Below are positions 29,598 through 34,955 of a stretch of 34,955 nucleotides of DNA, in pieces (positions within the stretch are counted from its first letter, which is position 1; each line of letters starts with the position of its first letter). The translations under genes were made by a program, and so were the position numbers. The notes under the pieces are model-generated. The model had not been told where the DNA came from and searched no databases. It was given only the letters and a program-made list of their open reading frames with translations. Origin of the DNA: an uncultured Alistipes sp. (GTDB lineage Bacteria; Bacteroidota; Bacteroidia; Bacteroidales; Rikenellaceae); assembly GCA_949296995.1 (NCBI GenBank), contig CASFSC010000147.1, forward strand, positions 1 through 34,955, read 5' to 3'.

Positions 29598-30374
29598 CTA
29601 TTTTGAAAGTACCCTGCGTAAATGAGAACGAAGTTGTACCGGGGTTAAATCCTGACGGACATGTCCTTTCCTTGCAATAGAAATAGTACCTCTCTCTTCG
29701 GAAACAACAATAATCAGTGCATCCGTAGCTTCGGACATACCTAATGCTGCTCTATGCCTCATCCCGAATTCCAAAGGCACCTCTTTTTCTGTCGAAGGAA
29801 GCACACATTTGGCTGCCTTGATACGTTCATTTACTATAACACTCGCCCCATCATGCAAAGGTGAATTTTTAAAAAATATGGATTTTATCAACGGTGCTGA
29901 AATAACTGCATCTATACGTTCTCCTCTTTCTATGATAGGAGTAAGATTAACACTTCGTGCTATTACGATAAGTGCTCCTGTTTTTGTTTCGGCCATATCG
30001 CGACATGCATCGGTAACAGGATCAATCCACTCCAATCCTATATCACTTGAGTGTCCGGATTTAAACAAGCGACCTAAAAATGTTTTTCGACCTTGAGAAT
30101 ATCGTGTACCTAAGACAAGTAAAAACCTTCGTATTTCCTGCTGGAATACTACAATCAAGGCAATAACTCCTACCCCTATTACCTGACCGAGAATCATACT
30201 CAACAATTCCATATTAAGGATTTTTACCAATATCCAAATAATATAGAATATAATTATCCCTATAACTATACGCAACGCATTGGTACCTTTAATCACCCTA
30301 TATAATTGAAACAATATCAGAGCAACTACAATAATATCAATGATGTCGATTATTTTTACTGTTATAAAGCCCAT
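29598..30374 (-). CDS. dacA: Diadenylate cyclase CdaA/DacA
   Basis: Three N-terminal TM helices, FQQEIRR, TGALIVI, SPLHDGA, GMRHRAA, VVSEERG. Confidence 0.95.
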   Translation of the reverse strand: MGFITVKIIDIIDIIVVALILFQLYRVIKGTNALRIVIGIIIFYIIWILVKILNMELLSMILGQVIGVGVIALIVVFQQEIRRFLLVLGTRYSQGRKTFLGRLFKSGHSSDIGLEWIDPVTDACRDMAETKTGALIVIARSVNLTPIIERGERIDAVISAPLIKSIFFKNSPLHDGASVIVNERIKAAKCVLPSTEKEVPLEFGMRHRAALGMSEATDALIIVVSEERGTISIARKGHVRQDLTPVQLRSHLRRVLSK

Positions 30375-30393
30375 ATATCAAACTCTTATCAGA

Positions 30394-30401
30394 CAAAAAT
30401 A
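30394..30401 (-). promoter_or_regulatory. Sigma-A -7 box for the dacA operon
   Basis: TATTTTTG on minus strand, about 20 nt upstream of the ATG. Confidence 0.55.
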
Positions 30402-30403
30402 AT

Positions 30404-30436
30404 AAAAAAACGGCAATTGCTATAAACAATTGCCGT
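30404..30436 (-). terminator. Rho-independent terminator after secDF
   Basis: ACGGCAATTG-N7-CAATTGCCGT followed by a T-run on the minus strand. Confidence 0.85.
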
Positions 30437-30468
30437 CATTAATTCATGGGTATAAAACCCTATCCATT

Positions 30469-33400
30469 TTACTTTTTATCAACATTCTTTTTCATCAAAT
30501 CGTATGCAATTGGAGTTGCTGTAAATATTGTTGAGAAAGTTCCTATAATAATACCGAACATCAATGCAAAGATAAATCCACGGATAACTTCGCCACCGAA
30601 CAGGAATATAGCAAGCAATGTTACTAATGTTGTACCCGAAGTATTGATGGTTCGAGACAATGTACTATTGATAGCGTTATTAATATTATCCTTGATACTA
30701 CGTTTAGGATAAAGTGTCTGGTATTCACGAATACGGTCGAAAATAACCACATTATCATTGATAGAGTAACCGATAATAGTCAGAACGGCTGCTATGAATG
30801 ATTGGTCTACTTCCATGCTGAACGGGAGTAAATTGTGAAACACTGAGAATAGACCCACTGTTAAGAATGCATCGTGTGCAAGTGCTACAACACTACCAAC
30901 GCCCCATTGCCATTTTTTGAATCGCATAATTATATAAAGACCTATCGCGAACAAACTAAAGAATACGGCAATGAATGAATTTCTTGTAATATCGTGAGCT
31001 ACACTCGGCCCTACTTTATCAGCAGAAATAATACCGTTAGGATTAGTTGCTGTTGTAGTAAATTCCTCAAAAGTAACAGGTGTTTTATAAAGAGGACTCA
31101 ACGATTTATAAAGCAATTCTTCAACTTCTGCGGTTGCATCATCACTCTGGTCATCAAACTTGAACTGAGTCACAATACGCATCTGCATTCTATCTTCAGT
31201 ACCATACTGTTTTACTTCAAAACTCTTGGTTGTTTCATCACCTTCTGCATCAGCAAATCCTTCCTGTAATGCTTCACGAACCTGATTAGCCGTAACTTTC
31301 TGGTCAAAACGTACTACAAATGCACGACCACCAGAGAAGTCAACACCATAATTAAGTCCCCTCGTTGCAAATGAAATTATTGATACAACAACCAATATTA
31401 TGGAAACTGCATAAGAATATTTACGTATATCTATAAAGTTTACTTTGGTATTCTGCAAGAAATTCTTGGTAATATCAGTAGCGAATTTGATATTCTTACC
31501 TTTTGACAGCATAGCTGTAAATATCAATCTCGTTATAAATATAGCACAGAACAAAGATGTCAAAATACCAATAATCAAAGTAGTTGCAAAACCTTGAACA
31601 GGACCTGTACCGAACATAAAGAGTACAATACCTGTAATAAGTGTAGTAACGTTAGAGTCTATAATGGCAGACATCGCATTTTTATAACCTTCAGCAACTG
31701 CCAGACTCAATCCCTTACCTGCCCTCAACTCTTCCTTGACACGTTCATATATAATCACATTGGCATCCACCGCCATACCCATAGTCAAGACGATACCGGC
31801 AATACCAGGAAGTGTTAACACTGCTCCGAAAGAAGCAAGCACCCCAAATAGGAAGAACAAGTTGACAACAAGAGCAATACTTGCAACCACACCTGCAGTA
31901 CTATAAAAGAATATCATGTAAATAAGTACGAGCACGAATGCCAATACAAATGAGCTCATACTTGCATTAATAGATTCCTGACCCAAAGATGGACCTACCA
32001 CAGCGAACTGAATAATACGTGCAGGGGCAGGAAGTTTACCCGATTTCAGCACATTCGCAAGGTCGGTTGCTTCTTGTATCGTAAAGTTTCCTGTAATTGA
32101 AGAACGGCCTCCGGTAATTTCATTCTGAACTCGCGGTGCAGAATATACATAACCATCGAGTACAATAGCAATACACTGTCCGACATTATCAGCTGTAAGC
32201 CTTGCCCATTCACGAGCCCCTGTGGCATTCATTGTCATAGATACTTCTGCAGCTGCACCTCCCTGCTGAGAATATTCTTCACGTGCATCGACCACTACTC
32301 CTCCATCCAATGGAGCCGTACCCTTAGGAGTATTAGCCTTAATTGCATACAATTCAAATATTGTTTCTGCTTTATCAATCGGTTTAACGCCCCATAGCAA
32401 TCTCAAATCACGTGGAAGCAATGCCTTGACTTGTGGCATTTTCAAATATGCATTAACCGCAGCTGTATCGAATGAAAGAGCATGTCCTACAACAGGGCCG
32501 CCATAAGGCATTCCTGTTTGAGGATCTAAGACAGGATTAAGTTTGGTAAACAAAGGATTCAAGGATTCATCTACAGTATTTGCACCGGTATTTCCTCTGA
32601 GTGAATCTATCTGGTTCAATAATGCAATAGCTTCCTTTTCTTTATCGCTCTGTGTAGTATCGGCTACGGCTTCGACAACCGTACTATCTGTTTTCTGCTG
32701 ATCAACATTTGCAATTTCACCAGCTTCGATAAGTTGACGTACTACGTCATTTGCTTGAGACAATATCGGAAAAATCTCTGTATTATTATAGGTTGCCCAA
32801 AATTCAAGACTCGCTGTTCCTTGCAAAAGTTTACGAACACGTTCCGGTTCCTTCACACCGGGAAGTTCAACAAGAATTCGTCCTGAATTTTCCAAACGCT
32901 GGATATTAGGCTGAGTTACACCGAAACGGTCTATACGATTGCGAAGTACATTATATGAATTCGCAACTGCACTTTCAGCCTGTTCGCGAAGAACTCTGAT
33001 AACATCTGCGTTTGTACTGTTAGGATTAATATCTGATCCCATAGCTTCATTGCTGAAGATATAGCTCAATCGACCTCCGTTAGACAATCTTTCGTATGCT
33101 TCGGAAAACAATGTGATATAATCGGCAGAACTATTCTTTTGTGCTTGTGAAGCCTCTGCCAATGCCTGATTGAAAATCGGATCTTTACTGTCCTGAGACA
33201 ATGCTCGTACAACATCCTCAACGGAAATCTCAAGCATAATATTCATACCACCTCGAAGGTCAAGACCGAGATTTACCTCCTTATCCTTACACTCCTTGTA
33301 GTTGAATTTGATAAACCCAAGATTGTATACGGTTTGGGATTTCATGGAGTCCAGATAATTCTGCTCCTTTTCCGCATTCCCGGCTGCATATTTTTCAGCC

Positions 33401-33501
33401 TTTTTTTCAACCCTCTGCGTAACAAACGTAAATGAGAGCTGATATGCACAAGCAATTGCCAAAACAATCGCCAGTAATTTTAGCGCACCTTTATTCTGCA
33501 T
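30469..33501 (-). CDS. secDF: Protein translocase subunit SecDF (fused)
   Basis: NLGLDLRGG, RIDRFGV-QP, IVLDG-VYSAP, VGPSLG, GMAVDANV-IYER, GVDFSGG, GYSINDNVVIFDRIRE. Confidence 0.98.
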   Translation of the reverse strand: MQNKGALKLLAIVLAIACAYQLSFTFVTQRVEKKAEKYAAGNAEKEQNYLDSMKSQTVYNLGFIKFNYKECKDKEVNLGLDLRGGMNIMLEISVEDVVRALSQDSKDPIFNQALAEASQAQKNSSADYITLFSEAYERLSNGGRLSYIFSNEAMGSDINPNSTNADVIRVLREQAESAVANSYNVLRNRIDRFGVTQPNIQRLENSGRILVELPGVKEPERVRKLLQGTASLEFWATYNNTEIFPILSQANDVVRQLIEAGEIANVDQQKTDSTVVEAVADTTQSDKEKEAIALLNQIDSLRGNTGANTVDESLNPLFTKLNPVLDPQTGMPYGGPVVGHALSFDTAAVNAYLKMPQVKALLPRDLRLLWGVKPIDKAETIFELYAIKANTPKGTAPLDGGVVVDAREEYSQQGGAAAEVSMTMNATGAREWARLTADNVGQCIAIVLDGYVYSAPRVQNEITGGRSSITGNFTIQEATDLANVLKSGKLPAPARIIQFAVVGPSLGQESINASMSSFVLAFVLVLIYMIFFYSTAGVVASIALVVNLFFLFGVLASFGAVLTLPGIAGIVLTMGMAVDANVIIYERVKEELRAGKGLSLAVAEGYKNAMSAIIDSNVTTLITGIVLFMFGTGPVQGFATTLIIGILTSLFCAIFITRLIFTAMLSKGKNIKFATDITKNFLQNTKVNFIDIRKYSYAVSIILVVVSIISFATRGLNYGVDFSGGRAFVVRFDQKVTANQVREALQEGFADAEGDETTKSFEVKQYGTEDRMQMRIVTQFKFDDQSDDATAEVEELLYKSLSPLYKTPVTFEEFTTTATNPNGIISADKVGPSVAHDITRNSFIAVFFSLFAIGLYIIMRFKKWQWGVGSVVALAHDAFLTVGLFSVFHNLLPFSMEVDQSFIAAVLTIIGYSINDNVVIFDRIREYQTLYPKRSIKDNINNAINSTLSRTINTSGTTLVTLLAIFLFGGEVIRGFIFALMFGIIIGTFSTIFTATPIAYDLMKKNVDKK

Positions 33502-33565
33502 GTTGAACTTATTTTATTTATATATTTTTATTTACTTAAATTTGGGTACAAATGCTTTTGGTGTG

Positions 33566-33658
33566 CAAAACTAAGTAATTATTTTCCGAAATACAACACA
33601 TATTAGTTGGAAAATGCGTTGTTTATATTTGAATTATTATCGGTATGTGGTATATTTG
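33566..33658. promoter_or_regulatory. Divergent sigma-A -7 boxes for secDF and the metallophosphoesterase
   Basis: TAGTTTTG on minus strand at 33566-33573 and TATATTTG on plus strand at 33651-33658. Confidence 0.65.
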
Positions 33659-33687
33659 TTGAATAACTTTTACAAATAAATCAAACT

Positions 33688-34779
33688 ATGACCACAAAAT
33701 TTAACATTTTTACCACACTATTTTTATTTTTCGCTGTATCGGGTTCATTCGCCCAGAAACAGAATTTTCTGGTATTGGGAGACATGCACCATGACAGGCT
33801 TGAATACCATGATATGGAATGGCTTTCAAAAAAACCTGACGATTTGCGTCAAGTAACAAAAGAATACACAATATTCACAAAAGAAAATTGGGAAGATTTT
33901 TGCGCCATACTCGCAAAACGAGCCTCAACGACAAAACCTCCGGTATCAGCAGTGTTACAACTGGGTGACATTTCGGAAGGGCTTGCAGGAAATCCTCAGA
34001 AAGCGGTTGAAATGGCTAAGGGAGTGATGGCTGATGTCGAAAAGTCAGGTATTCCTGCTCCTTGGGTAATAACTAAAGGCAATCATGACATTACAGGTCC
34101 CGGGGCAGAAGAAGCTTTCAAGGAAATATACATACCTACATTTCAAAAACAGCTCAATGACCCTTCTATCACTTCAGCCAACTATGCATATAAAACAGGT
34201 GATGCACTGTTCGTATGTTTCGATCCGTGGGACCGAGAAGGCGATCCTTTACAAAAACTCGAAAATAATCTCAAAAACAACGATGCCAAATATAAATTCG
34301 TAATGGTACATGAACCGGTAATTCCTGTCAATGAAAGATGTTGGCACCTGTACCGCACTGACAATACCAAACGCGAAAAACTGCTGAAAATAATAGCTGA
34401 AAACAACGCAATAGTTCTATGTGCTCACCTGCACATTTACGCTGTAGTTAAACGTGACACTCAATACGGTCCTATTGTACAAATATTGGTAAACAGCGTT
34501 GTAAAAGACAGAAACCTGCTGGAGCCTAAAAAAGTCATTACGGAATATGGTTCATCACTTGCCAAAAACGTTCCACAATGGGAACCCAAATCACTCGAAC
34601 AACGTATAAAATGGCTCGATGACGAAGCGGTGAATGTGACATATTTCAAACAAACCGATCTTCCGGGATATGGTATCTTGACAATAGACAGCAAAAAAGA
34701 TAACATAACATTTTCATATTATCCGGCTTTCGGCAAAAAACCGTTTGACACATTTTCTGTCACCAAGTTAATGAAATAA
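33688..34779 (+). CDS. Secreted calcineurin-like metallophosphoesterase
   Basis: Signal peptide SFA|Q. Motifs GDMH, LGD, GNHD, HEP, AHLH. Confidence 0.85.
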   Translation: MTTKFNIFTTLFLFFAVSGSFAQKQNFLVLGDMHHDRLEYHDMEWLSKKPDDLRQVTKEYTIFTKENWEDFCAILAKRASTTKPPVSAVLQLGDISEGLAGNPQKAVEMAKGVMADVEKSGIPAPWVITKGNHDITGPGAEEAFKEIYIPTFQKQLNDPSITSANYAYKTGDALFVCFDPWDREGDPLQKLENNLKNNDAKYKFVMVHEPVIPVNERCWHLYRTDNTKREKLLKIIAENNAIVLCAHLHIYAVVKRDTQYGPIVQILVNSVVKDRNLLEPKKVITEYGSSLAKNVPQWEPKSLEQRIKWLDDEAVNVTYFKQTDLPGYGILTIDSKKDNITFSYYPAFGKKPFDTFSVTKLMK

Positions 34780-34799
34780 CGCAACTGTCATAATTCTAC

Positions 34800-34955
34800 A
34801 TGAAAGATATTGCCACAATTGCCGACACAATAGTCACTTCAAATAATATTGTGACAGATACTGTTACCTCTGCCACAACACATAAAATATTCTTACTCCG
34901 CATTCTTGATGAATATTTTCTGAAAATAGGAATGACTGCGGGATGGGCTGACACG
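34800..34955 (+). CDS. 5' part of a hypothetical protein truncated by the window edge
   Basis: ATG 20 nt after the previous stop, open for 52 codons: MKDIATIADTIVTSNNIVTDTVTSATTHKIFLLRILDEYFLKIGMTAGWADT. Confidence 0.5.
   Translation, partial: MKDIATIADTIVTSNNIVTDTVTSATTHKIFLLRILDEYFLKIGMTAGWADT

Noticed and set aside
33656-33675. TTGTTGAATAACTTTTACAA as a Rex operator or DnaA box
   Set aside because: Wrong length and spacing for the 18-bp Rex palindrome, poor DnaA-box match, and AT-rich background.
29598-34779. Metallophosphoesterase as the c-di-AMP phosphodiesterase partner of dacA
   Set aside because: Separated by secDF, on the opposite strand and predicted to be exported. No sequence evidence for that substrate.
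34800-34955. Functional call (for example MscS-family channel) for the terminal partial ORF
   Set aside because: Only 52 codons are visible, with no diagnostic motif.
1-34955. CRISPR arrays, tRNA/rRNA, IS elements, prophage or defence genes
   Set aside because: Intergenic gaps are all under about 240 nt with no spaced direct repeats or cloverleafs, and no transposase, integrase or defence-type proteins are recognisable.

Overview
Gene-dense, AT-rich core-chromosome segment from a member of the Bacteroidales. It is most likely Rikenellaceae-like, judged from protein resemblance and TAnnTTTG -7 promoter boxes. It holds 28 complete CDSs and two edge-truncated ones: htpG (missed by the ORF track), an esterase/SMP-30 fusion, a thioesterase, guaB, a kinase-less ribF-like gene, rex, a HAD phosphatase, a LysM protein, a DEDDh exonuclease, dnaN, a nucleoside phosphorylase, glmM, recN-coaBC-rpoZ-bamD, a SulA-type PLP enzyme, a ModF-like ATPase, nadC, ilvD-ilvB-ilvN-ilvC, three glycosyltransferases behind dacA, secDF and a secreted metallophosphoesterase. 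I saw no mobile element, CRISPR array, tRNA or rRNA, and no clear new multi-gene system. The best leads are: the SulA-like sulfonolipid enzyme with the diagnostic second lysine; an in-frame TAA cutting the HAD gene's tail; a rex-linked FAD synthetase lacking kinase motifs; a dacA-glycosyltransferase operon; a sigma54-like htpG promoter; and a probable pseudo-lactonase domain. All family calls come from motif recognition by eye, with no searches run.
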